Below are positions 6,779 to 14,859 of a stretch of 20,000 nt of DNA, in pieces. The stretch is from an uncultured virus (IMG/VR IMGVR_UViG_3300006033_000021) (lineage: Duplodnaviria; Heunggongvirae; Uroviricota; Caudoviricetes), in IMG/VR virus record IMGVR_UViG_3300006033_000021; one strand, given 5' to 3'. Position numbers and translations under genes: made by a program. The notes beneath the pieces are model-generated. The model did no database searches, was not told the origin of the DNA, and worked only from the letters and a program-made list of their open reading frames with translations. Every line of letters begins with the position of its first letter. The stretch's first letter is position 1.

Positions 6779-6798
6779 GGGGGCTGGCAACAGCCCCC
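6779..6798 (+). terminator. GNRA-capped hairpin (no U-tract)
   Basis: GGGGGCTG-GCAA-CAGCCCCC directly after the stop at 6766. Confidence 0.55.
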
Positions 6799-6814
6799 GG
6801 CACAATTAAAAGAT

Positions 6815-7030
6815 ATGTCAACTAAAGCAGCTAAAACCAAAGTGGTATGTGTGGGATGTAATGATGATCCTGGTTTAAGCCGTGGATGTACTTTTTGTGG
6901 CGGTACAGGACAAATGGGAGCCCACACCCCAAAGGATATCATTTGGTCAGAAGATGATATTGCTGCTGAGCAAGATGGGCGCGGAACACAAAGCTATCGC
7001 GCTGGTCAAAAAGTAAGAAGAGTAGAATAG
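6815..7030 (+). CDS. small zinc-finger protein (DnaJ-like CxxCxGxG)
   Basis: CVGC...GCTFCGGTG. Confidence 0.6.
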   Translation: MSTKAAKTKVVCVGCNDDPGLSRGCTFCGGTGQMGAHTPKDIIWSEDDIAAEQDGRGTQSYRAGQKVRRVE

Positions 7031-7036
7031 CTATTT

Positions 7037-7123
7037 GGAGGGTTGCGAGAATCTGGTAATCGGCTCGGCTCGAACCCGAAGGCCCAGGTAACACTGGTGA
7101 AAGTTCAAATCTTTTGCCCTCCG
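7037..7123 (+). tRNA. tRNA-Ser(CGA)
   Basis: Acceptor GGAGGGT/GCCCTCC plus G73, anticodon loop CTCGAAC, long variable arm CCAG-GTAACA-CTGG, T loop TTCAAAT; no CCA. Confidence 0.9.
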
Positions 7124-7151
7124 TTGTTAGTCTTATAGATGAGGTATAGTA

Positions 7152-7427
7152 ATGAGTAACTTTAGAATCAACTTCGTAAGCGAGCAAAATGATGGCTCAA
7201 AAGTGTTTGTTCGTCAATGGGATGAATACCATTGGTATGCTGTCTTTATGTATGAAGATGCATTTGAGGCTACCAGATATTGCATCATGAATAGTGATGG
7301 CGACTGGAGGCTATTGCCTGCTGGTACTCGCAGCTATGCTACTCAGGAAATTATCGAGAGTGATGAACGCTTTAAGTCGCTTGATGATTTGGTGGCGATC
7401 CTTGAATTCTCTGAGGTGCCACTATAA
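7152..7427 (+). CDS. hypothetical protein
   Basis: GAGG RBS; coupled to the next ORF. Confidence 0.7.
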   Translation: MSNFRINFVSEQNDGSKVFVRQWDEYHWYAVFMYEDAFEATRYCIMNSDGDWRLLPAGTRSYATQEIIESDERFKSLDDLVAILEFSEVPL

Positions 7428-7753
7428 TGAATACCATGTTCGCCGAGCATCGTGTCGCTATCAACGATCTCATGATGTTTCAGATTGTCGGATTCTCAGG
7501 AGTCAACGATCAACATCACCATCATGTTTATGCTAGGCTTTTCCTGTTGGAAAGGGAGGAGCCTCGTGGTCATTATAAGACAACGGATCTCGGTAAGTGT
7601 TGGCAGTCAAAAGCATTTGATGCAATAGAGTACGATACTCCTACTTTCGGTTATCCTCAAGAGGTTGAAAAGGCTATTTGCTCTATCTTTGAAAAGGATC
7701 GTTGCCGATTCCAAATCTTAAATGAGAGTCTAGGTCATGCTAAGACTGATTAG
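7427..7753 (+). CDS. hypothetical protein
   Basis: TAATG coupling; GAGG RBS. Confidence 0.7.
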   Translation: MNTMFAEHRVAINDLMMFQIVGFSGVNDQHHHHVYARLFLLEREEPRGHYKTTDLGKCWQSKAFDAIEYDTPTFGYPQEVEKAICSIFEKDRCRFQILNESLGHAKTD

Positions 7754-8048
7754 TTCAATATGGTGGTTCGTGGCAGCTACATATGTATTCTGGCGAATCA
7801 TTAGGGATGGGCATACCCAGTTTACGATTTGGACCGCCATTCCCATTCTAGTTTGTTTGGGGATATATTGTACGATTATTGATTCTTTGTTGGCAACTAT
7901 CCGCGATCTTTCTAATGACTACAGAATGCATAGAATGCGTAAGAAGACAATTAAGAGTTTGCGTCAAAAGAATTCACCTGAGCAGCTTGAAGAAATGCTT
8001 CGGCACGCCGAAGCATTAGTAGAAAGGTTGAATAAACAACATGAATAA
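7737..8048 (+). CDS. membrane protein (two predicted TM helices, basic C-terminus)
   Basis: Hydrophobic segments LISSIWWFVAATYVFW and FTIWTAIPILVCLGIYCTII. Confidence 0.7.
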   Translation: MLRLISSIWWFVAATYVFWRIIRDGHTQFTIWTAIPILVCLGIYCTIIDSLLATIRDLSNDYRMHRMRKKTIKSLRQKNSPEQLEEMLRHAEALVERLNKQHE

Positions 8049-8337
8049 AGACAACAAGAAGCTAATTGGTCGCACTCATGGATATTACTACGCAATGAGC
8101 GGTGGTGTGTTCGTTAGTTGTCCATTCTCAGATCCTGTGATTAAGAAGTCTTGGAAAAAGGGCTGGAAGCAGGGTCAGCGCGTTCGTCAGGCTTTAATCA
8201 AGAAAGCATTCGGTCGTATCCCCAAGGCATTTATGGGTGAGTTAATGTGCGAACCATTGCGTATTGCTATTAACTACCAAAGTCTTGGTAGGTCGTTTCT
8301 AGACTTCTCTGAAGGAAATGTTGGGGTAATGCAATGA
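8041..8337 (+). CDS. RMF-like (ribosome modulation factor motif) protein with a capsid-like C-terminal segment
   Basis: GYYYAMSG...SCPF...KKSWKKGWKQG matches the RMF pattern GY..G...CPY...W..GW. Confidence 0.6.
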   Translation: MNKDNKKLIGRTHGYYYAMSGGVFVSCPFSDPVIKKSWKKGWKQGQRVRQALIKKAFGRIPKAFMGELMCEPLRIAINYQSLGRSFLDFSEGNVGVMQ

Positions 8338-8891
8338 AAGACGGATTGATTACTCGTGATGATATTCCACATTTTCCTCATTGGGGTGGCTATAGTATTC
8401 ATGTTTCATGGGATTATCTAGAATATCAGTTAGATCACTATAAGGCTGACTATAATCTTGACATGGATCCAGATTTTCAAAGAGCACATGTTTGGACTCG
8501 CCAGCAGCAAATTGCTTTCATCGAATTCAAACTGCGTGGGGGGTTATCGGGTAAGGATATCCTCTTCAATTATCCCGATTTTCAACGAAGTTCCTCCTTC
8601 ACTGATAAAATGCTATTGGTGGATGGAAAACAGCGTTTGCAGGCAGTACGGGAATTCTTGTGTGGAAACATTGGCATCTTTGCTGATCTCTTTGGGAAAC
8701 CTAAGTTCTATGGTGAGTTTGACCGCACAGTGTTTGGTATTACTGAGGTTAACTTTATCTTCCATATCAACTCTCTTCTTACTCGTAAGCAGGTTTTGGA
8801 ATGGTATCTGTCTCTTAACGCGGGTGGTACCCCACATACATCCGAAGAAATCACTAAGGTTGAGGGATTACTTGCAGAGGAATCATCATGA
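8334..8891 (+). CDS. stand-alone DUF262 (GmrS/ParB-like) protein
   Basis: PDFQRAHVW, LVDGKQRL and LNAGGTP motifs. Confidence 0.85.
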   Translation: MKDGLITRDDIPHFPHWGGYSIHVSWDYLEYQLDHYKADYNLDMDPDFQRAHVWTRQQQIAFIEFKLRGGLSGKDILFNYPDFQRSSSFTDKMLLVDGKQRLQAVREFLCGNIGIFADLFGKPKFYGEFDRTVFGITEVNFIFHINSLLTRKQVLEWYLSLNAGGTPHTSEEITKVEGLLAEESS

Positions 8892-9328
8892 TTTATACAT
8901 CCAAGATGTTGTTGCATATGTATCAGGCGGCGGATGATAGCTTCGAACCTTTCAAAGCACATATTCGTCGTTCCGAAGAGCTTCTTAAAGAACTCAAAGA
9001 TGCGCTCCAATTCTTGGAACGTGTATGGGCTGTTGGCGAGAACTATCTTATCTACTTCTTGATGGAGAAGGAACAGTGGGGGTGGATTCGTGGAGATATT
9101 GTCGATAAAGAAGAAGCAACCTCCATTAATTCAGTTTTCGCATATAATCAAGAGTACGATTATTCTTTTGATCATGGGCAAATTCCGAAGTGTCGCAAAC
9201 TTGAGTTTGTTTCAGGAATTACTCATGTTGGGGCTAAGACCTACGACACTCTTGAAGATGCTAAGGACGACATCATTAACTGGATTGTCAATAACACCCT
9301 TCCCGAAGAGACTGTCTCTGAGGAGTAG
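8888..9328 (+). CDS. hypothetical protein (tandem paralog A)
   Basis: Ends LEDAKDDIINWIVNNTLPE. Confidence 0.75.
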   Translation: MIYTSKMLLHMYQAADDSFEPFKAHIRRSEELLKELKDALQFLERVWAVGENYLIYFLMEKEQWGWIRGDIVDKEEATSINSVFAYNQEYDYSFDHGQIPKCRKLEFVSGITHVGAKTYDTLEDAKDDIINWIVNNTLPEETVSEE

Positions 9329-9330
9329 TC

Positions 9331-9753
9331 ATGACCAAAGAAGATTATGATAACTACGCCTTTGCTTTTGCCTATGCCGGGCGCGAGCAATTATGGGAGA
9401 TGATTGAAGATAGTAAGGCTAAGATCGATAAGCTTGAATCGGTCTTGAATTTTGCTGATAATATCATATGGATTCATGATAACCATATGATTTACTATGT
9501 TCCTTACAGAAATCAGTCGCGTATTCTTGCGACTGATTCAAATGGTCGCTCATGTGGTAGAAGTGTTAGGATTCATTATGATTCCTTGATCTTCTGCGGC
9601 GGGAACTTTGGTGGCATAGAAGATCCCCATTGGGATATAGAGGCTACAAAAGAATATGTTAATCTTTGTGATGGGCTAGAGCCCGCCAAAGACGATATCC
9701 TTAACTGGTTTATCCATGGTATCGTGCCCGATGGAGCCACTAATGCAACTTGA
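9331..9753 (+). CDS. hypothetical protein (tandem paralog B)
   Basis: GAGGAG RBS; ends LEPAKDDILNWFIHGIVPD. Confidence 0.75.
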   Translation: MTKEDYDNYAFAFAYAGREQLWEMIEDSKAKIDKLESVLNFADNIIWIHDNHMIYYVPYRNQSRILATDSNGRSCGRSVRIHYDSLIFCGGNFGGIEDPHWDIEATKEYVNLCDGLEPAKDDILNWFIHGIVPDGATNAT

Positions 9754-10129
9754 TGATGTGGTGGTTAGAAGTTTTACGGTCGCTTGGATAGTTGCAGGTA
9801 ATGGTGATTTTGAGCCAGGGGTATTACCCTGGGATAGATTTCAGTCGTATCAGCATGGGCTTGTTGATGAGATTACTGTAGAGTGGCGTGGTCATGGTCG
9901 GTATGGCGTTTTTTACTTTGGTTGTCGTCTCTCTAAAGAAGATTTTTGTTTCGATATGGAGCCGCTACCCAGTAATCGTACACAGGAATTCTTAGACGCG
10001 CATACATTTGATAGTATTGAAGAAGCCATTGATGGTGTATTGACCTATCTTGCTGCGCGCCCAGAACACATTAAGTACATGGTACATCCATCATTTATCA
10101 AGGAGAATAAAGATGTGCAAGAAAATTGA
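9743..10129 (+). CDS. hypothetical phage protein
   Basis: GGAG RBS 9733-9736, ATG 9743. Confidence 0.7.
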   Translation: MQLDDVVVRSFTVAWIVAGNGDFEPGVLPWDRFQSYQHGLVDEITVEWRGHGRYGVFYFGCRLSKEDFCFDMEPLPSNRTQEFLDAHTFDSIEEAIDGVLTYLAARPEHIKYMVHPSFIKENKDVQEN

Positions 10130-10580
10130 CCGTTTTGAGGGCAAGTACGAATTCTTATCAAACTTCTATGTTCTAGAGCACCCTATTACAATTTGGTTAA
10201 AGGGGCAAGGCTACGACTTCTATCACACAGAGGGTGCCTTCCAGGCTAGTAAGTGTGATAATATCGAAGATATTGATCGATTCCTCGGTCTACGACCGGG
10301 CCAGACAAAGCGGTTAGGTCGCAATGTTAAGCTGCGTTCAGATTGGGAAAATGTAAAGATCGATGTGATGACTCAGGTTGTTAGGCAGAAGTTTGAATGT
10401 AATCCTGAGTTGTTACAACGTCTCCTAGATACTGCTCCTGCCAAATTGGAAGAAGGCAATAATCACGGAGATCAGGTCTGGGGTACTGTTGATGGTGTCG
10501 GCACTAATTACTTAGGTAAGGTTCTGATGAAGATCAGAGATGAATTCCAGGCTGCACGAGAGGCGAAAGATGGCGAGTAA
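10113..10580 (+). CDS. NADAR (YbiA-like) family protein
   Basis: FLSNFY, TEGAFQASK, KRLGR..LRSDW, KF..NPEL..LL.T, EGN..GD.VWG, G.NYLG..LM.IR; AGGAG RBS. Confidence 0.92.
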   Translation: MCKKIDRFEGKYEFLSNFYVLEHPITIWLKGQGYDFYHTEGAFQASKCDNIEDIDRFLGLRPGQTKRLGRNVKLRSDWENVKIDVMTQVVRQKFECNPELLQRLLDTAPAKLEEGNNHGDQVWGTVDGVGTNYLGKVLMKIRDEFQAAREAKDGE

Positions 10581-10758
10581 ACCTAACTCTATTACATTGA
10601 GATGGGAAGCTATTACGGGCGGTGGCTTTAAGACCGAAGGTAAGGGTGTCTTTGAGAACGAGGATGCTTTGCGCGCAATCTTAATTGATCAAGGTTATCG
10701 CGTCACCAGTATTACTCAAGAATACAATGGAAAGCAATCTCTTCAAAGGAAGAATTGA
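10570..10758 (+). CDS. small protein resembling the PilC/GspF N-terminal segment
   Basis: WEAITGGGFKTEG...ENEDALRAILIDQGYRVTSI. Confidence 0.6.
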   Translation: MASKPNSITLRWEAITGGGFKTEGKGVFENEDALRAILIDQGYRVTSITQEYNGKQSLQRKN

Positions 10759-11282
10759 TGCCTACATTTCTTTACTCTGCACGAGCAGGTAAGTGTCTTA
10801 CCCAAGGATGTACGGACGCAGAGAACGTTGATGTCCTAAAAGAAAGATTGGAAGCACAGGGGTATCATTTAATTGATGTTGAGCCTTGGATTCGATTAAC
10901 GGGTGAGCAACTTCAAGTTCTATTTGATTTACTCACCTTCTTAGGACAAGGTTCACAGTATCTTTCTGATCTTAAACGTCTTCCTATCTCTAGCTTTGAC
11001 GACTATCTCTTTGTAGCAAAACACAAGAAGTATATCAATATCGCTACAAAGGATAAAACCCACCAATTGATTTCTTTGTCCCGCGCCGGTAAGAAATTCC
11101 TGGGCACTTGCGAGAAAGTGCATCTTGTTGTACGCAATCGTTACAAGATTCCTTTAGTTGATCATGATAAGATAAGAGATGCTATTTGTAATTTCCGAAA
11201 GGAATTGCATGATAGTTTGTCAGTTTTTAGTAATATGCCAACAAGAACAAGGCATATTGTTATAGGGGAGAGGAGTAAGTGA
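10758..11282 (+). CDS. protein with a PilC/GspF-like N-terminus and an unrelated C-terminal domain
   Basis: MPTFLYSARAGKCLTQGCTDAENVDVLKERLEAQGYHLIDV; TGATG coupling. Confidence 0.65.
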   Translation: MPTFLYSARAGKCLTQGCTDAENVDVLKERLEAQGYHLIDVEPWIRLTGEQLQVLFDLLTFLGQGSQYLSDLKRLPISSFDDYLFVAKHKKYINIATKDKTHQLISLSRAGKKFLGTCEKVHLVVRNRYKIPLVDHDKIRDAICNFRKELHDSLSVFSNMPTRTRHIVIGERSK

Positions 11283-11653
11283 TGCCAAGATACTTGTTAT
11301 TTATGGGTGAAAATTACTATCCCGTAGGCGGGTGGGATGACTATGTGGCATCCTCGGATTCGATTGAGGAACTTCAGGCACGCATCCAATGGAGGCGATA
11401 TGACCCTAGCGAAGTTATAGAGAAGCTTCTCATCAATAAAAGAAAATTCCCAAAATTAGCTGAGCGTTTAGATGGGGAAATTGATAGGCAAGAGGCTCTT
11501 AAAGGAAAAGTAAACCGACAGTATTTCTTAGTGGGAGATCAAGCCAAGAGCTTTAATTGGCTACATATCGTAGACTTAGAAACCATGGAAATATGCTTCA
11601 GCTTCACAGACAAATGGGCTAATATGAAGGAGAATACAGATGCCGTGTCATGA
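11282..11653 (+). CDS. phage hypothetical protein (YLLF..YYPxGGW motif)
   Basis: GAGGAG RBS; motif recurrent in phage proteins. Confidence 0.75.
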   Translation: MPRYLLFMGENYYPVGGWDDYVASSDSIEELQARIQWRRYDPSEVIEKLLINKRKFPKLAERLDGEIDRQEALKGKVNRQYFLVGDQAKSFNWLHIVDLETMEICFSFTDKWANMKENTDAVS

Positions 11654-12011
11654 TGCTTGGATGGATCGTATAGCTGAACAAGAGAAGATTGATGAATTAA
11701 CGCGAATGCTATGTTGGCTTTGCGGGACATTAGAAGGTGACAATGAGGGAGATAAGATTCTAGTTAATCCTAAGCTTAAGAAGTGGTGGAAAGAACACAA
11801 AAAGAGCGACACTGATCGTGTTCGCGCTGAAATGAGGAAGATCGTTAAAGACAATGATCGCAAAAGGAAGAATAAGCAAGTACTGATTCCTGCTGATATT
11901 GCTGCTGAGTTTATTGCGCGAGCCGAAGCAGTACATGCCGTGAGTGATTTTCATAAGACATGGTTTCATCAATTGGCACGGGAAGTGATTGGTAATCCAA
12001 CAGAGGGATAG
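11640..12011 (+). CDS. phage hypothetical protein (MPC..LC..WW.EH motif)
   Basis: AAGGAG RBS. Confidence 0.75.
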   Translation: MPCHDAWMDRIAEQEKIDELTRMLCWLCGTLEGDNEGDKILVNPKLKKWWKEHKKSDTDRVRAEMRKIVKDNDRKRKNKQVLIPADIAAEFIARAEAVHAVSDFHKTWFHQLAREVIGNPTEG

Positions 12012-12049
12012 TGATAGTTACCATAGAAATCTATCATAGGAGACAACCC

Positions 12050-12346
12050 ATGAGAGATTTACTAGATATCGTTATCGCTAAAGTTCAAAACCGCTCCTCT
12101 TTTACACTCACTGAGGCTAAAGAGATCGGCAAAGAATTAGGAATAGATTGGGATGAGGTTGATGTCGATGAATTTCATAGAGGTCTACAGGTTGAATTAG
12201 AACATGGTCTAACTGATCCCGACACCGATATAACGCATGATAGCCCAGTTGAAACGGGGAAAATTGCGTGGGCTCATCTTAAAGAATTACCTGATTACTA
12301 TACTAGATTAGATAAAATGGAAAAAGAAGGTAAGGAAAATGCTTAA
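12050..12346 (+). CDS. DUF5661 family protein
   Basis: GLQVELEHG...TGKIAWAHLKELPDYYTRL..ME; AGGAG 12038-12042. Confidence 0.8.
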   Translation: MRDLLDIVIAKVQNRSSFTLTEAKEIGKELGIDWDEVDVDEFHRGLQVELEHGLTDPDTDITHDSPVETGKIAWAHLKELPDYYTRLDKMEKEGKENA

Positions 12347-12587
12347 CTTCACTAGGCAGCTTCGTAATATGAATGAAGAAGAATTCGAGCAATATGCTTC
12401 CTCAGCATGTGGTCGTGATCCCGTGGCAGCAATGATGCTTAGAGCTAGGTATGAGGCTGCGAACGCCGTGAATCCTTGTAGCATCGGGGCTACGTTTACT
12501 CGCGCGCCCGAGATCGACACAGAGCATCCAGGTTTCTGGTATGGTCGCAGACACTATTCGGCGCAGGGTGTGTTGTTGTCTTCTTAG
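12339..12587 (+). CDS. hypothetical protein (paralog of 12611-12847)
   Basis: RQLRNMNEEEFEQY...C..DPVA. Confidence 0.7.
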   Translation: MLNFTRQLRNMNEEEFEQYASSACGRDPVAAMMLRARYEAANAVNPCSIGATFTRAPEIDTEHPGFWYGRRHYSAQGVLLSS

Positions 12588-12610
12588 TGATATATGGATG
12601 GGGCTAAATA

Positions 12611-12847
12611 ATGCAGGAAAAACATTGGGCGTCTGCTCGTAATCTTAAGGCTATGAGCGATCAGGAATTTGAGCAACATCTTGTGGATGATTGCGCCACA
12701 AGTCCAGTTGCTATGGCTCGATTAAGGTTAAAGCGTCACGGGCTGCTTCAAGATCATCGTGTTTTGATTGATGCTTCTCAGGCTGCTTTACCCGAGGAGA
12801 CTAGGAAAATTGCCTATAGCATTAATGGCGTTGAATATGTGTGTTAG
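12611..12847 (+). CDS. hypothetical protein (paralog of 12339-12587)
   Basis: RNLKAMSDQEFEQH...C..SPVA. Confidence 0.7.
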   Translation: MQEKHWASARNLKAMSDQEFEQHLVDDCATSPVAMARLRLKRHGLLQDHRVLIDASQAALPEETRKIAYSINGVEYVC

Positions 12848-12868
12848 ATATCGATTTTTGAATAGGGG

Positions 12869-12897
12869 TTGACAAGCACGCGGCGACGTGCTACAAT
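12869..12897 (+). promoter_or_regulatory. sigma70-type promoter of the tRNA/ncRNA cluster
   Basis: TTGACA 12869-12874, 17-nt spacer, TG-c-TACAAT 12892-12897. Confidence 0.85.
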
Positions 12898-12913
12898 AAG
12901 GATATGAGATAGG

Positions 12914-12987
12914 GGCCGGGTAGCCCAATTGGTAGAGGCAACAGATTCAAGTCCTGTAAAGTATGGGTTCGAATCCCATCCCGGCTA
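12914..12987 (+). tRNA. tRNA-Leu(CAA), short variable loop
   Basis: GGCCGGG/CCCGGCT plus A73, loop TTCAAGT, T arm ATGGG-TTCGAAT-CCCAT. Confidence 0.85.
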
Positions 12988-13012
12988 TAGTATACGAGAA
13001 ACAGAATACCCT

Positions 13013-13086
13013 GCCTGGGTAGACCAATTGGTAGAGTCAATAGTCTTAGGAACTATGTAGTATGGGTCCGAATCCCATCCCAGGTA
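13013..13086 (+). tRNA. tRNA-Leu(TAG), short variable loop
   Basis: GCCTGGG/CCCAGGT plus A73, ATAGT-CTTAGGA-ACTAT, T loop TCCGAAT (non-canonical). Confidence 0.85.
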
Positions 13087-13331
13087 TTAACACCAACCAC
13101 AAGGAGTACGTAACAGGCAGTGATTATCGGACCATTCAATGGCTTTAGCACCTTAGCTCTGTTGATCACATCTAAGGTCGAGTCAAGCTATAAGAGCTAC
13201 GAAGAGTACCGTTGATATCCAATCATCTCTTAGGAAGAAGCCTCGACGGAGGAAAAGGTCTAGACCGGATGATTGGCTCTACAGCGTGTGGATGCGACAT
13301 CTTATAGCAGCCTGTTGTGGTTGGTGTTAAT
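13086..13331 (+). ncRNA. unassigned ~245-nt structured RNA
   Basis: Perfect 17-bp closing stem (13086-13102/13315-13331) with nested helices; the ORF track shows no ORF here. Confidence 0.7.
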
Positions 13332-13345
13332 TTTGGAGAAGACAG

Positions 13346-13675
13346 ATGAGTAGCACTCTAATTGTTGATTTCAATGAGGGCGTAGTTGATGTTTTGATTC
13401 AGAATGGCGTAGAGCCAAGATTGGCTGAAAAGACATGGCAACTACTTTCTGAATATCAAGCCCATTGGCAAGAAGATAGAGCTATGCTCCCCGTGAAGAT
13501 GCACTCCTATCATTCTCTTCAGATTTCCTTGCATCGCTACTATTGTGGTTGTATGGATAGCGTACATCCTGGGGTGTGCGTCAAAGAGACCGGAAAAGGT
13601 CACGTCCAAGAATTGTTAATCTCTCCCCGGCTGCTCCAAAATTACGACTACCACAAAGTTCTCCAAGATGATTAA
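13346..13675 (+). CDS. hypothetical protein
   Basis: GGAG RBS. Confidence 0.7.
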   Translation: MSSTLIVDFNEGVVDVLIQNGVEPRLAEKTWQLLSEYQAHWQEDRAMLPVKMHSYHSLQISLHRYYCGCMDSVHPGVCVKETGKGHVQELLISPRLLQNYDYHKVLQDD

Positions 13676-13689
13676 AGAGGAAACTTCCA

Positions 13690-14451
13690 ATGGGAACACC
13701 TGATTACTTCTGGGGGCATAATAGTTGTCCTAAATGCAATACGCAGCAACTAGTTATGATGCAAACTAAAGATTTGCATCGTGAGATGTCATATTGGGGA
13801 CCATATGAATTGGTTGAGCCCAATATGTTCCAGACTTTTGAGGATGTGCATGGAACTGTTTGTAAACAGTGTGGTGAGAAGTTCTATAATTCAGTAACTG
13901 TTGCCGCAGGTCATGTTGTTCCATTTGATGTTGTTCCGCCAACTCCGACTGATACTCATCAGATCATCAACTTCCTTACTAATGGTCTTCAGTATCGAGC
14001 AGATATGGCTAGAGAGCAACGCAATAAGATTGATTTGCTCTGCCAGTATCTATTTTGCAAGCTTGGCGGGTATCGTGAGTGGGCTAATCTTCCCGATGAT
14101 TCTTGGGCGGCTGATAGCTATAGGACTAGAGCCGACGAGTTAGCGAATGTGGGACTTCCCCTCAATATTCCTTATGGTCAAATCGTCTTTGATGTCTATA
14201 GGTACATCGAGGAGAAAATCCTAGAACGTGCTAATGGGCATTATAGTATTACCCCCAAACCTTCACCCGGCCTTGAGCTTGTTTTGCAAATCCGTGGCGA
14301 AGATGCCGAAGAACTTCAGGATATCCTGGTGATGCTTGGTAGGGAGATCTCGGAAGGCTATATTTCTGGCTTCAATAGCAATGATACGAGCAGCTACAAC
14401 TATCGTATTATTGGTGAGCCAATCGAGCACACAGATGACGAGGAAGCTTGA
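13690..14451 (+). CDS. hypothetical protein with two CxxC motifs
   Basis: CPKC...QTKD...CKQC; GAGG RBS. Confidence 0.75.
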   Translation: MGTPDYFWGHNSCPKCNTQQLVMMQTKDLHREMSYWGPYELVEPNMFQTFEDVHGTVCKQCGEKFYNSVTVAAGHVVPFDVVPPTPTDTHQIINFLTNGLQYRADMAREQRNKIDLLCQYLFCKLGGYREWANLPDDSWAADSYRTRADELANVGLPLNIPYGQIVFDVYRYIEEKILERANGHYSITPKPSPGLELVLQIRGEDAEELQDILVMLGREISEGYISGFNSNDTSSYNYRIIGEPIEHTDDEEA

Positions 14452-14858
14452 TGGATAACTTTAAGCTCGATGTTCAATCCGAAGGTGAAGATCAGCTATA
14501 TCAGGCTCTTCGTCTAGCTTTTGAGCGTTTGCACCATGAAGTAAAAGCTGTTGGCTATACCTTATCAGAAGAGTATGGTCTAGTATTCCACACTTATCGT
14601 TATGATGTTCCTGAGAAAATGGGAGCTTGGAATGAGCTTCCATTTAGGGCAGATGCTAAGTTCTGCGCTATTATGGCTTGGAATTGGTTGCAGACATTAT
14701 CTAAGGATGATAAGTTTGCTAAATTACCAAGAACCCAGTCTTTTGATGGGAGTGTCGCGCCGGGTTGGCGCGTCTATACAGACGATTGGGGTAAAGTAGG
14801 TTGCTGTCCCTCAGCATTCGTTGGGGTTCTCTATAAAATAGCTTTGTACGGGAAGTAA
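14451..14858 (+). CDS. phage hypothetical protein (DGS..GWRVY..WG motif)
   Basis: TGATG coupling. Confidence 0.75.
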   Translation: MDNFKLDVQSEGEDQLYQALRLAFERLHHEVKAVGYTLSEEYGLVFHTYRYDVPEKMGAWNELPFRADAKFCAIMAWNWLQTLSKDDKFAKLPRTQSFDGSVAPGWRVYTDDWGKVGCCPSAFVGVLYKIALYGK

Positions 14859-14859
14859 A

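Noticed and set aside
13013..13086. Amber suppressor tRNA
   Set aside because: The anticodon is TAG (reads CUA, Leu). A suppressor would need anticodon CTA; none is present in this window.
13086..13331. Retron msr/msd, RNase P RNA, tmRNA or SRP RNA
   Set aside because: No reverse transcriptase in the window; no exact GAGGAAAGTCC or matching 3' P4 strand, no tRNA-like ends, and no SRP helix-8 motif.
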